From contig NEEC01000017.1 in the NCBI GenBank assembly GCA_002189035.1, positions 2,356,001 to 2,420,000 of the forward strand: DNA of 64,000 nt, in the 5' to 3' direction. The stretch is from Utricularia gibba. Its lineage: Eukaryota > Plantae > Magnoliophyta. The translations under genes were made by a program, and so were the position numbers. Within the stretch, counting starts at the first letter, position 1. Each line of letters opens with the position of its first letter. Shown here piece by piece: positions 1 to 18,010 of this stretch. The notes below the pieces were generated by a model. The model did no database searches. It was not told the DNA's origin and saw nothing but the letters and a program-made list of their open reading frames with translations.

Positions 1-846
1 AAGCCTTCAGCTTGTCACCAGACGCAGCAACCCCCTTCAACTCTTTCGTAACATTGCTTTGTCTCCCAACTTTAGCTGCATTTGCTTCTGAAATTTTCAT
101 CTGAATCAGCTCTAAAAGTGATGGGCTTTTCCTAAGACGCAGACCCAGTGGACTTGGCTCCTCAAATGGATTGTATTCCGTCTGAGGAGCTGCCATACCA
201 CCCATTGTCATAATCTGCTGCAGGAGCCAGAGAGAGAACATAAATTAACATAACGAAACTAGGAGTGGACACTGGAAGGCTCCGCCCACAATTCAGAGCT
301 AAAAATGGTCATATCGTGCAGTTAGGGTCTTATAGAAAATAAACCCAAATGGTGGATGATAACTCCCCCAAGTACAGAAGATGAACAAAAAATAGTAGTG
401 AAAAAGATCACGTTTATCATTTCTATATCAACAGTGAGCCCGAAATCAAGTAGGAAACACACAGAAAGGAGCTTTCAGTACAGTCCCATTGAAAGTTGGT
501 CAAATCGAAAACTTGTTCCACATTTATTAAAGGAACAACAGGAAAAGCAACAGCCGAAAATTTCCATTCTCCACCCAGATTCTAAAAACCGAAATTTCCA
601 TTCTCGCACCCCAATTCAGCACATACACAAACTAAAACACCCCCAAAGACGAACTCCCCAGGAACCAACAACTGAGTCACACCAACCCAACATGAAAACT
701 AAAATTAAAAATTTTGGAGGTTACTCTGGGCGCTTATTGAGAGGGGCGTATTCTTCTTGCAAATAATCCTCAATCTCCACCTTGACCGCCGCGGTCCTGT
801 CACCGCCTCTACACCCAGATTCCCTCCCCATCATCATGTACACCAT
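1..846 (-). CDS. ASG1-like (At2g24100/At4g30780 family) plant protein, 5' part only; runs off the window start
   Basis: Exon 1 from ATG 846 reads MVYMMMGRE...VKVEIEDYLQEEYAPLNKRP. A downstream exon (~1-222) reads YNPFEEPSPLGLRLRKSPSLLELIQMK...DKLKA, matching family motifs as recalled. The splice phase between exon 1 and this exon is not cleanly resolved. Confidence 0.75.
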
Positions 847-1228
847 AGATTAACCGAAATATTTGACTTGACAAGCTTCGAACTTCCCCGGATCAAATCC
901 TTAAAGGAGTACCAAAAGAAGCAAGTATTCCACTTTCACGTTGCCTTCTCGCAGACCGAAGCGACGGAATAATTGAGGGAGAGGGGGAGAGAGAAGTGAC
1001 GTACCCTGTTTCTTCTCCTCTCTCAAGGCTGATTCCCACGTGCCCTATTTCACTGCCCCTCCCACGGACCTCATGCAAACGTTATTTACAAATGTAATTC
1101 TGAGATATAAAGTGACACGGAAATCAGCGCAAGTGGTTTTTTTTCTTGGTTTATTTATCTTTTTTATTATTATTAAAGGAGATATCTGCTGTATTTAGTG
1201 GCACCAGTCTTCTCATTCACGTGAAAGG

Positions 1229-2734
1229 ATGGGGCTCTGGCTTCTGGCGGTTGCATCTGTCTGCATTGCCGCCGTGGTGGGCGCCGCTGTCGGTTTTCCC
1301 CGCCGCAGCAAGGGTCTTCCACCTGGGCCGCCGAGCTTCCCCCTCGTCGGGAACCTGGTATGGCTCTTGAAACCCCTATCCGAACTGGAAGTGATCCTCC
1401 GGGAACTCAGGAAGCGCTACGGCCCAATAATCACTATGAGAATCGGCCGTCGCCCGATCATTTTCATCGGGAGTCACGCATTCGCCCACCGCGCCCTCGT
1501 CCAAAAGGGCGCTGTATTCTCGGACCGCCCCGGCCCGCCGCCGGGGTCCAATTTCATGAACAGATCTCAGTTGAGAATAAGCTCTTCCCCCTACGGCGCG
1601 ACGTGGCGGCTCCTCCGCCGCAACCTCACTCAGGAGATCCTTCACCCTTCCCGCGTGAAGTCCTACTCCGATTCGCGTCGCTGGGTTCTCTCACTCTTGA
1701 TCAGCCGCCTTCGGGTTTCCGTGCGAACCAATACGGCTGTGCGCCTGATCGATCACTTTCAATTCGCTATGTTCAGCTTGCTGGTGTTTATGTGCTTCGG
1801 CGATCGTCTCCCGGAGTCGCAAATCAAGGAAATTGAGAGCACCCAGCGAGCCCTTCTTCTCGCATTCCGCTCCTTCAATCGGTTGATGTTCTGGCCGCGC
1901 CTCGGCCGGTTCCTTTTCCGCCGGACATGGAAAAAGTTGTTTCAACTGCGAGAAGAGCAAGACAGGGTGTTGATTCCTCTAATCAGAGCTCGGATTTCCC
2001 GGAAAGATGTTCGGAATTTGGCCTACGTCGACACTTTAGTGGATTTAGAGCTCCCGGAGCAGGGCCGGAAGCTGAAAGAAGAAGAAATGTTGACCCTTTG
2101 CAGTGAGTTTCTTACAGCAGGAACTGACACAACCTCCACAGCTCTTCAATGGATCATGGCCAATCTGGTGAAGCATCCCCAACTGCAGGAAAAGCTTTAC
2201 CAAGAGATAACCGGAGTTGTTGGCGGAGCCCCATCTGCGGCTGAGGTGGAGAAGACAGTGGAAGAAGAGGATTTGGAGAAGATGCCATATCTGAAAGCTG
2301 TTGTGTTGGAAGGACTGAGACGACATCCACCAGGCCATTTCGTGCTAACCCACAAGGTAAAAGAAGATGTGGAACTGGACAGCTACAGAATCCCCAAAAA
2401 CACACTGATAAACTTCATGGTAGCAGACATGGGTTGGGATCCGGAGGTTTGGGAAGATCCTATGGAGTTTAAGCCGGAGAGGTTTTTTGGGGAGGCGTTG
2501 GATTTCGATGTAACAGGGACTAAAGAGATCAAGATGATGCCTTTTGGAATAGGGAGGAGAATATGCCCAGGGCTGGGGTTGGCACTGCTGCATTTGGAGT
2601 ACTTTGTAGCTAACCTGATCTGGTACTTCAAGTGGGCACCAGTGGAAGGAGATGAAGTTGATCTTACTGAGAAATCGGAGTTCACCACTGTCATGAAGTA
2701 TCCCCTCCAAGCTCGCATTTCTCCAAGGAATTAA
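1229..2734 (+). CDS. CYP89A: Cytochrome P450, CYP89A subfamily, intronless, 501 aa
   Basis: N-terminal anchor, LPPGPP hinge, I-helix AGTDTT, EGLR (ExxR), PERF and heme loop PFGIGRRICPG. Confidence 0.93.
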   Translation: MGLWLLAVASVCIAAVVGAAVGFPRRSKGLPPGPPSFPLVGNLVWLLKPLSELEVILRELRKRYGPIITMRIGRRPIIFIGSHAFAHRALVQKGAVFSDRPGPPPGSNFMNRSQLRISSSPYGATWRLLRRNLTQEILHPSRVKSYSDSRRWVLSLLISRLRVSVRTNTAVRLIDHFQFAMFSLLVFMCFGDRLPESQIKEIESTQRALLLAFRSFNRLMFWPRLGRFLFRRTWKKLFQLREEQDRVLIPLIRARISRKDVRNLAYVDTLVDLELPEQGRKLKEEEMLTLCSEFLTAGTDTTSTALQWIMANLVKHPQLQEKLYQEITGVVGGAPSAAEVEKTVEEEDLEKMPYLKAVVLEGLRRHPPGHFVLTHKVKEDVELDSYRIPKNTLINFMVADMGWDPEVWEDPMEFKPERFFGEALDFDVTGTKEIKMMPFGIGRRICPGLGLALLHLEYFVANLIWYFKWAPVEGDEVDLTEKSEFTTVMKYPLQARISPRN

Positions 2735-3048
2735 CGTTTGTGTTCACCTGTAAATGTAATAATGAACCAGCAAGTGTGGTTCCTCCTGCCTTTGGAAATA
2801 TGAACATCTCTGCCATTCCCTTAGTTGTGGGCAGGAATCAAGATATGTTCAAACAGTAAAACACTGCAGATATAAAACAGTAAAAGAAAAGCTTCGAGTT
2901 AAAAGTAAAGGTTACTGTTTGGAATCCAATGTACTCCACTGTATTGTATCACCAGCATTTGGAATTCATGTTCACCATTGCGACATGAATGAAAATTGGT
3001 CCAAGAGTGTCTGTCCATCTGAATGAGTATATCGCCTTCTTGTAATGG

Positions 3049-9210
<6,162 letters not shown>

Positions 9211-9633
9211 CTATCATCTGCATCCCTTAATAAATAGCAGGTCATCAACGGTCACTCGTGCGCGTTAACAAGGAAAGCTTTTTCACTTCGTTAATCAATA
9301 ACGGTACACAAGAAAGTTTGAAATTGAGAGAAGATTGCGCAGAATAATTTGCTGTTTGGACAAGCAATCCCCTTGTCCTAAAATTTAGGAGTTAAGTTTT
9401 ATTTCCCGACAGCAACAACATCGCTCGCCCGGGACTAGAAGCCTAATGAGGCAAAGTTTCAGTCTTTCGATTGCTCGTCTTCTCTGGGTTTCGTTCATTT
9501 TGTAAAAAATTCCGTGCCAGGGTTAAGCTATCACAGCATTATTTTGCTTCATTTACAGCCTTACAGATTGAGTTGAATCACGATGAGGCACCACCGTTGC
9601 GCAGTCAGATGATCGGCGGCGGCAGAGGAAACG

Positions 9634-9835
9634 TAGGGTTTACCTGCTCGGATTTTGTTTCAAGAAGGTTTGCGCAGGTTCAGGCCCATTGGGCTTATCT
9701 AATACGGCCCCTTTCTTTGTGAGCCAACTGACCAAACGTGGTGCCCATTTCATATGGGCTAATGGCCCAATTTACGGCTACGGAGGCCAACTCGCGTGGT
9801 CCAGTTCAAGGCTTTTCGCAGCCCTATGGCCCACC
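9634..9835. promoter_or_regulatory. Telo-box plus site II (TGGGCY) cluster in the divergent AlaRS / AIPP2-like promoter
   Basis: TAGGGTTT at 9634-9641 and several GGCCCA/TGGGCT hexamers between 9683 and ~9835. This motif pair is known from plant translation-machinery promoters. Confidence 0.6.
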
Positions 9836-11057
9836 CTACTTAAATAAAATTTTCAAACAATTATTTTTAATTTCCCTTTTACTTGAATAAAATTTTGTAG
9901 ATGTCGATGTCGTAAGCAGTAGTAGCAAATTGCAGCCCCTTCCGTGGACGCAGAAACGTGGAAATCAGAAGAAAATAGGCGAAGTCTGAATTTCCTCTCG
10001 ATAAGGAGTATTTCCGATCATTGCTGGCGGAGATTTCAAGGTCTTTTAATGGAGATTTTGTTCGGATTCAGATCTCGATGCTTTGTGTATGCGCAATTAT
10101 TCAGTCCAAGGCTCTGTTCTCCTCGTGATTTTGGTTGACTGTGTTTTTTTTTTTTTCATTTCAAGAATTGGAATTATGTGTCTTTATTGGCTGGAATTCC
10201 GTTTCGAAGCTTTTTAGATTAGCGTTCTTGTTTTATTTTTACTTTTTTCGGTTTGGCAAACTGGGGATCATTCTGTTTGATCAAATTGCAGCAGTTAGAC
10301 CTTTGAATAAGCACAAGGATGCTGGCGACGTGAACTGCAATATCTGATTGTGCGATTCTACGCATGCGCCCCAGGTAGTTAGGGGTTGCTTAAATGCTCG
10401 ACTTCAAGTCGTCTTGAAGTGTGTTTTCTTCTAATTTTTGTTTGTTTTTTGCAGCTTCCTTACGCTTCCTTGGTTGATTTTGTCATGTAAAATTGCTATC
10501 ACCTGCGCTTAAAAGTTTCAATGGTTATCTCATTTTTCATTGAAGGATGAGATATCTGTCAGTATCTCAGTCTCTTGTGCTTTGGTTTACTCTTCTGCAT
10601 CTTTATGTGAACCTTTTCATTTCTCTAAATCTATATTAAATGGTACTTGTCTCATTTAGTTTTCCTGGCTTTCTGTGTTTCTCAGATGAACAAAACGCTG
10701 AGAAATTCACGTTTGCAAACAAGAAAGGAGAAAGAAAATTGCGACTCCCTAGCCCATAAGGTGAGATCCGGGTAATAAGTACTATCATTTCTGTGGTTCT
10801 AGTGCGTGCAATACCCCATGTCATTTGTAGTGACATGTAGTAGTCTTTTCGTTTCCAATCCCTTTCTGTAATGGTGATTTCATTTGTCGTAAAAATTGTG
10901 TTTTTGCATTTGGTTTTACTTGTGTTATCTTTTATGTTTACTCCTGGTGGACTTATTTTAGGTAATCTAATTTTGATGCATTTGTAGATAGTGATGTTTC
11001 CTTATTTTTGTTTTATTGGTTCAGGAAAAATCTTTAAATAATCGCTTTAGCAGATGC

Positions 11058-14000
11058 ATGGATAAAAAGAAGCAGGCGGACCAGAGGGGGGAGTCAGGGA
11101 AGTGCAATGTCTGCTCTGCTCCCTGCTCTTCTTGCTTTCATAATGGTAAAGAATCAGTAAAACCAGGAGACGAGTCTTCTGGAGAAAACTATACAGAGAA
11201 TACTGAAACTGGACCAAGTGAACTGTGTTCTATGACTGGAATAACCTCAATATCAGATTCTTTGTCTGATAGTGCATTGCTCAAGGGATCTTCTAGGGCA
11301 TCAAATTTGTCTGCATTAGATGCTGGCATACCTCATTCACAGTCTGGATGTCAGAGGCTTCCAGAGGTTCATGATGATTGTATGTCAGGGGCTAGTGAAA
11401 CAGAGGAAAATGCAATCAAGAAATCTCACCTTGATGATGGCATATTCAACGAAAAAAGCACTGGGGAATGTGTTGAAGGGACACTTCAGGTTACCTCGCT
11501 AGCTGGTCTGCATTTAGTTGATACAAGCTTGGGCCCAAGTCCGGGCAATGAAACTATGGAAGAGGCTTCCAACAAGAATGATGACCCTCAAGAAAAGCAG
11601 AAAGAGGATAATTCTGTTGGTGCAAAGAATGAAAATTTGAGGAACCCAGAAGAGCACATTGGTATGCTATCACACACAATTGCTCCTGCTGATGGTGATA
11701 CTCTGGCTTTGCCACTTATTTCAACGGAAATGAAAGAAGATATGCCCGTGGAAACTCACCATGCTGATGAGAATGAGGACTCAGATATGGTGGAGCAAGA
11801 TGTAAGGATGCAGTGATTGCTTTTGCACTATGTGGTTCACTCTTATCTTATTTTGCATTAATTGCCAATTGTGTAGTGACAATGCTGATTGTGATTGTGC
11901 TATCGCATCCAGATGTTACTTTTACCGTATGAGGAATCACTTCTATATTTAAAAGCATCGGCAGTTCAAAAGTTTCAGTTTGGACAGTCCCAATTTGTAA
12001 CTGCCCCATGTAGTTAGCCTTTTTCTCTTTTTGGTTGATGAAATATCTGTTGTTCTACAGGTGAAAGTCTGTGATATTTGTGGGGATGCAGGGCGTGAGG
12101 AATTGCTCGCTATCTGTAGCCAATGCAGTGATGGTGCTGAACACACGTATGTATCAGATGTTTGGAGCTTGGAACATCTATGTTGCTCCCTTTTTATTTT
12201 ATATTTTGACACGCTGCATCCATATCTCAGGTATTGCATGAGAGAAATGCTGGATAAAGTTCCTGAAGGTGATTGGCTTTGTGAAGAATGCCAGAATATG
12301 GAAAAGGTGGATTCTGAAAGGGTTAAAAAAATTGGTAAGGTGGCCGAAAATGAGAAAAATATTTCCTATGGTCACACAAGTGGTGAGTATGCAAACGACA
12401 CTGATATTGTGGGCGAAAAGAGAAAAGACAATTTAAAATTTCCTTCTAAGAGAAATAGAGATGACACCGATGCTGAAATTTCTTCAAAACTTAAGAAGAC
12501 AGCTATAGAGTCAATAGTTGGGTCACCAAGGACACCTCGTCCAGGCATGGCAGTAGCAACAGCTGCTCCCGCCCTTACCAGGACAAATTCTTCTAGGATT
12601 TTAGAAAAATCTTCTGCAGAAACCATCCAGGTGAATGAGATAACAGAATCTTCAAGCTCTGCTTTAGATTACAGGCAGCAGAAGGCTCAAGGTAATGATC
12701 TCTAGCTGTATTTCTTTTTATGGTTTCTTGCAGTTTTCTTGGTTTCATTTCACTTTCTAAATTGTTATTTGATGTTCTTTTGTTTTTCTATGATAACCTG
12801 TGTCTTGACCAAGTTGCTCCTAATGTTTCAGGTAGTTTCTTAAAATCCAGTTCATTTAATTCATTGAATTCAAAACCCAAAGTCAAGCTTGTGGATCAAG
12901 CTGTCATAAAGAGGCAAAAATCAGTGAAGGAGCATGCTTCAGGCCACCGAAATGAGGATGGCTTCAGATCCATTGGAAGATCTGCTTCATTTAAATCATC
13001 CAACTCTGTCCGCAGTGAACCAAAAGTAAAGATGCTGTCTTCTAGACCGTCTGACATTCAAGTTGTGAAATTTTCAAGGCAGAGAACTCCTTTTGAACGC
13101 CAGAAATCTGTTAAAGCAGAACATTCGCCTATTACTCCTCAAGCTTCTTCGTCAAAGATTGATAAAAGATCAGCAATTGGTGGAGAATCATTGTCAAAGA
13201 TTGATAAAAAATCAGCAGATGGTGGGGAATCGTCATCTTTAATTGCTGTTTCTTGCAAGCAAGAAGCAAAGCCTTTACAAACTGAAATTGCAACTGCATC
13301 ATTATCCAGTTCCTATAGCTTTCAATTTCAAAAGGCTGTGGATCCTTCTACTTCAGCAGGTAATGTTTCGTCTGATTGTCTGAGCTGGCCATCAAAAGGC
13401 TTCCATTCAAAATACATGTTATGCTAATGCAACTATTCCTGTTTTTTCCAGGTGATCTCAGGAGACCGTTGTTGTATGCCAATAGTAGTGTTGGGGTCTC
13501 CTCTGGGAGTGGAATAAACAAAAATGACAAACGGAATTCATCTTTACTAAATATGGATGGAGGTCTGCCTGATGGATTAAATCGGGAAGGTGATTCCATT
13601 GATTCCAATGAGCAAACAAAAGTATATTCTGGGAGCCACTTTGCACGATCATCTACCAAGGCTTCCAAGGATGAGACGCCCAATCATAGAGCTGCTTCTT
13701 TTAAAAAACCTGTGACATTTCTAAGGAATAGACACATGGGTCAGTCTGATGCCTCAACAATAACGGGCACAGTATGTGAAGTAAGTTCACAACAAGATAT
13801 CCAAGCTGATTCATCTGAAAGAAAGAAGGTGGTTTCTGATACCGAACAGGCTGAAAAGACGGTGGTGTGCCAGAATTATAATGCTGACAGTGTCAATAAC
13901 CTAAAGCAGTCCTCTGTAGTTACTATGAAGGATAACTCTTCTTCAGGGAACCATGCTGCCTTTTCTGGAGATTCCTCAAGAGACCATTTGCGCAATATTC

Positions 14001-16140
14001 CAGTGACAGTGACTTCTTTTACGAAACGCATGGCATTCCCTGAACATGAATGTGTTTGGCAGTATGGACTCTACATTATGCTGTCTCTTTGTGATTGATT
14101 TGTTTAACATCTGCATTCTTTCTGTTGGTGGTTATTTATTTTGATGTGCGGTGAAGTTGAATTACTGTCTTAATTTTTTTCATCTTATGTGTAGAGGAAG
14201 CTTTGAGGTTTTCTGGAGTGGTAAAAGTGTCAAGTTAATTAATGGAATCCAAGCGCATTTATCATCTGTTGCATCACCCAAAGTCATCGAAGCAGTGAAC
14301 AAATTCAAAAGCAGAATTGTACTCCATGAAGTGCCTCGGGTGAGCTCCTGGCCGATGCAGTTTCGGGCACATGGTGTGAGAGATGATAACATTGCACTCT
14401 TCTTTTTTGCTAAAGACCTTGAAAGGTAACCTCTTCAGAGTTTGATCGCCTTGATAAATATTCGGTGCTGAGTGCACCATTTTTGTTCAGCTTCAGAATA
14501 ACTTTTTTTTCAATGATTTTACAGCTATAACGATGTTTACAAGGTTACACTTGACAATATGATAAAGAAAGACATGGCTTTCAAGGGAAGCGTTGATGGG
14601 GTTGAGCTTCTAATATTTCCCTCCAATCTTCTTCCTGAGGTTTCGCAGAGTAAGCTGAAAAATTTATAGTTCTTAATTCTTATTCCCCATCGTGAAGCCA
14701 AAGTCTATAATTTTCTCATTTATATTTGCCTTTTTTTCAGTGGATTAACTATCCCACGCCAGCCATTTTCTGCAAGAACAGCTTTTCTTACGACATTTTT
14801 GTCTTATTGCTGCTATTACATGGTATAAAACAATTTACCCCCGTTCTGCAGGATGGAATATGCTATTTTTCCTGTGGGGTGTTTTTAGAGCTAAGAGAGA
14901 AAGTTGTCTGCAACACAATTCTGAGTCGTCAACCCAAGTTCCCGCTGCATATCAGGTTGTTCCTCCCAAACCTAGAGTGTCCTTACTAGATGATGGATGC
15001 TCAACAAGACCTACCAGTGAAGCTTCGGTTCAGAATCAAGCAGTGATCGGAAGACTTTCAGAAGAACTTCCATCATTAAAAGTTACTAACTCACTTAAAA
15101 GCGTAGAAATGTCTCCTGATGATGTGCAAGAACACAAAATGAATTCTACCTCTGAAATCGAAATGCCTAGTGCAAGTCAAGGTGTGGTGGTTACTTCTCA
15201 GGTAAGATCTTCTATTTCCATAGATATAGGTTTCCCTTTTTTTTTTTCTTTAGGCCTTTCTCTACTTTTGTTTGAGATGAAGTTTACATGCTTAGTACAT
15301 CATTTTTCTTGCTCTTGCTGCCTGTAGAAAGAGAGAGACAGCACTCAACATAGTCCGCCTTGTGGTTCAACTGCCGATTCTGGGGTACCACACATTCCAG
15401 TGAAGGATGTGCCATTTGCTACGGAATTGCTGCGCCATCCTTCCAGAGAATCAACAGATGTCTCTCGTGGGGCGGATGTCGATGGGGCAACTCATCCATC
15501 AGTGAGGCTCGCTGTCGATGCTGGAGTAACACCGGTGAACCAAATGCCCACTAAGAAGTATGATGTATTCCCTAGAGATTTGAATGTAGAGCCTGAGGTA
15601 TGTCTTAGTGACGATGATGAATCTGAGCCTCCTGGAACCAGCGAGTTGCCACTAAGATTTGGTTCTCCGCTTGATGACACATGCAATCCAGTCAGACAGG
15701 TACGTATTATGAGCCTTCAACAACAGCTCAGTGAAAAGCATCTGCAGTTACAAGTGTCTTTCTCAGCATACACATTCCTTAACTAGTCGCATGCTTTGCA
15801 GGTTGCAGCATTTGACACCGAAAGATACTTCTTTCCGATCAAATCATCGCCCACAAACGTCACAAGCTTGGCATTTGGATCACCAAACTCTCCAAAAGTG
15901 CTCATGTCAGAGCAGGGCGATGCCTTTAATCAGCCTCCGACGCTGGAGCTGGCTCTCAGTACAGAGAGTATTCGCTCCTCCCAGTGCAGCATCTGGCCGG
16001 CTCCTCTTTTATCATCTTCCGGCGAGGGGAAGGTAACTGATGGGGGGGGACTCGGTCATGAAGAAGCCAGTTCCGATCCCGGCGACGTAGCACTGTCGGC
16101 AGCGTCTCTTTCACTCTCGTTATCATTCCCATTCCCGTAG
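11058..16140 (+). CDS. AIPP2: AIPP2/PAIPP2-like PHD-finger and SPOC-like chromatin protein, multi-exon
   Basis: N-terminal CNVCSAPCSSCFH; PHD VKVCDICGDAGREELLAICSQCSDGAEHTY/CMREMLDKVPEGDWLCEEC; SPOC-like PEHECVWQ...AHLSSVASPKV...ALFFFAKD...WNMLFFLWGVFR; C-terminal PTLELAL and LSLSLSFP. The start codon is approximate because 5' UTR introns lie upstream. Confidence 0.85.
13151..13234 (+). repeat. In-frame 42-bp tandem duplication in an AIPP2-like exon
   Basis: Two copies encode SKIDKRSAIGGESL and SKIDKKSADGGESS. Confidence 0.9.
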
Positions 16141-16833
16141 CACTGTCAGCAGCATCTCCCTCGATGTCGCTGCTGTTCCCATTCTCGACAAAACCAGCTG
16201 CACGGCAGCGGTTTTTCACTAGGGAATGTGCCATCACTATGGAGCTTCTCCTTGGACACCAAAGAGGCAAGTAGTGACTCTGTAAAGCAAGGTTTTGTTT
16301 ACTGCAAACGTTCCATGTGTACATATTGTGAAAGAAGGGTAGAGTAGAGTAGCTTTTGAGCCAGGCACAAGTCAGCGTGCAGTCAGGGTTCTCAGGCTTG
16401 GGCCGGATATGGATCCTGTTTTTGTGAAGACGTTGGGCCAGAATATGGAGGTTTTGGGGTCCGATGCTTCCGTTCATCCGAATTTTAGTTCATAATTAAT
16501 TAACAATTTAATATAACACAAGTTGTTGGGCTCTGCTACTCCGCCGGCGGTCGGAATCGGCGGATGGCGCACTGCGTTGCGTTATCGGCAATTTCTTTGT
16601 ACTTCGTTTCCAAGGTAAGGATCAAGAAATCCATTTTCTTCTCGTTGCCTGGATCGCCGTTCATCCCTCCCTCTCTTTCTTATTGTGCTTCTTCCGATAT
16701 TTCTTTTTTGTTTTGTGCTCATTGAATCCAAATTTTATGTTTATTTGGAAGTGTTGATCCTAGGCGAGATTTGCAGGTGAATTGTGTTCGTGGATGTGAT
16801 CAGGGTGTTTTTTTCTTTGGCATTGACTTTCAG

Positions 16834-17503
16834 ATCCGTGTGCTGAAGCCTATGTCACTCTACCTCCTCGGGTGCAAGAGCAGCCTTAGTATGACATCTC
16901 TGTTCGAAGTTCTTCAGATGTCTTCAGATGAACACTCAATGTCGCATTGGATGTTGCGAGAAACAATCTGGAGCTTCTGAACAATGTTCTGTCCTCTTCT
17001 CCTCAGCAAGATGCTTTGGAGTTACATTTAATATTGTTTACGCTCAAGTGATAGGTGCTACTTGATTGAAAATCTGCTGTACTGTATTTTCCTAGACTCT
17101 AACCTAACAGCTATTTGTGTGCATCATCTTGACTTTTTACCGTATGGTTTTACCAGGCCGCATCTTTTTATGCATCCCTGATCACATGCTACTCACCTCT
17201 GTGGCCAAAGTTCAAGATTCCTGCTGCTAGTTTAATCGATCCCACTCTGGTCAAAACTGAAACTGAATTTCATGACTGTGCAGGATGATTTGGTAACAAC
17301 CCTGCTACATCAATGCCGTGAGTCCCAATAAACCCGTTCAAAGAAGATGTCCTCAGGAAGCAAGAAATCCAGGTTCCAGAAATGTTGGAGCGAATAGCGG
17401 CGCCTTGATGGATGATCTCGATGAGATGATATTTGTAAGAAACCTGAGAGCAGCAACAGCACATGCAGAGGATGCTGAACACAGGGATGTAGTAATGATT
17501 TGA
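16834..17503 (+). pseudogene. TOL1: TOM1-like (TOL1) relic: GAT-domain and C-terminal fragments only
   Basis: Fragments read ALDVARNNLELLNNVLSSSPQQDALE, DDLVTTLLHQCRESQ and MDDLDEMIF. In-frame stops at 16887 (TAG) and 17329 (TAA); 10-bp duplication TCTTCAGATG x2 at 16911-16930. No VHS domain is visible. Confidence 0.85.
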
Positions 17504-17793
17504 TTGATAATCCCTATGAAAAAAAAAGTAGGAGAGACCATGCTCTACGGAATTTTTTTTCTGCACTCCTTGTACATACACACGCATTCTTGAAGACCCA
17601 TGTTTCTTTTCAAAAGAACTTCCATCGATGGGCGCTTGTTTTACCTGAAGGATCGGCTGTGTTGTACTTTTTGGGACATGAAAAAGCTGATGAATTTCCA
17701 TGTGATGGGAAAAAAGCTTTTCTAAATGAAGCATGGGATGACGGGATGCTGTTTTTTCACAGGAAAGAAACCAAATTTGACTCCACAAAGAAA

Positions 17794-17927
17794 GTTAGGT
17801 GCGCAGGGGATGCTGTAAGCGGCAACAAACATGTACATGGCCAGCCCTGCGTCAACCACAACCCCACAGCTACAACTAGAAGTCCACTTCTCTTTAGCTT
17901 CTTTATACACCAAACCTGCCACCTAAC
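17794..17927. promoter_or_regulatory. AC elements (R2R3-MYB sites) upstream of 4CL
   Basis: GTTAGGT at 17794-17800, ACCAAACC at 17909-17916 and ACCTAAC at 17921-17927. AC elements are typical of phenylpropanoid gene promoters. Confidence 0.6.
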
Positions 17928-18010
17928 TTTCCATCACTCCTATTTATTTATTAATCCTTCTTTCGTTTTCCTGCATTCCAAGTCCAAGTCTTGATCTTGC
18001 AACTACCAAG

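Noticed and set aside
16087-16158. 22-bp near-direct repeat GTAGCACTGTC(A/G)GCAGC(A/G)TCTC around the AIPP2-like stop
   Set aside because: A small local duplication with no further copies or structure.
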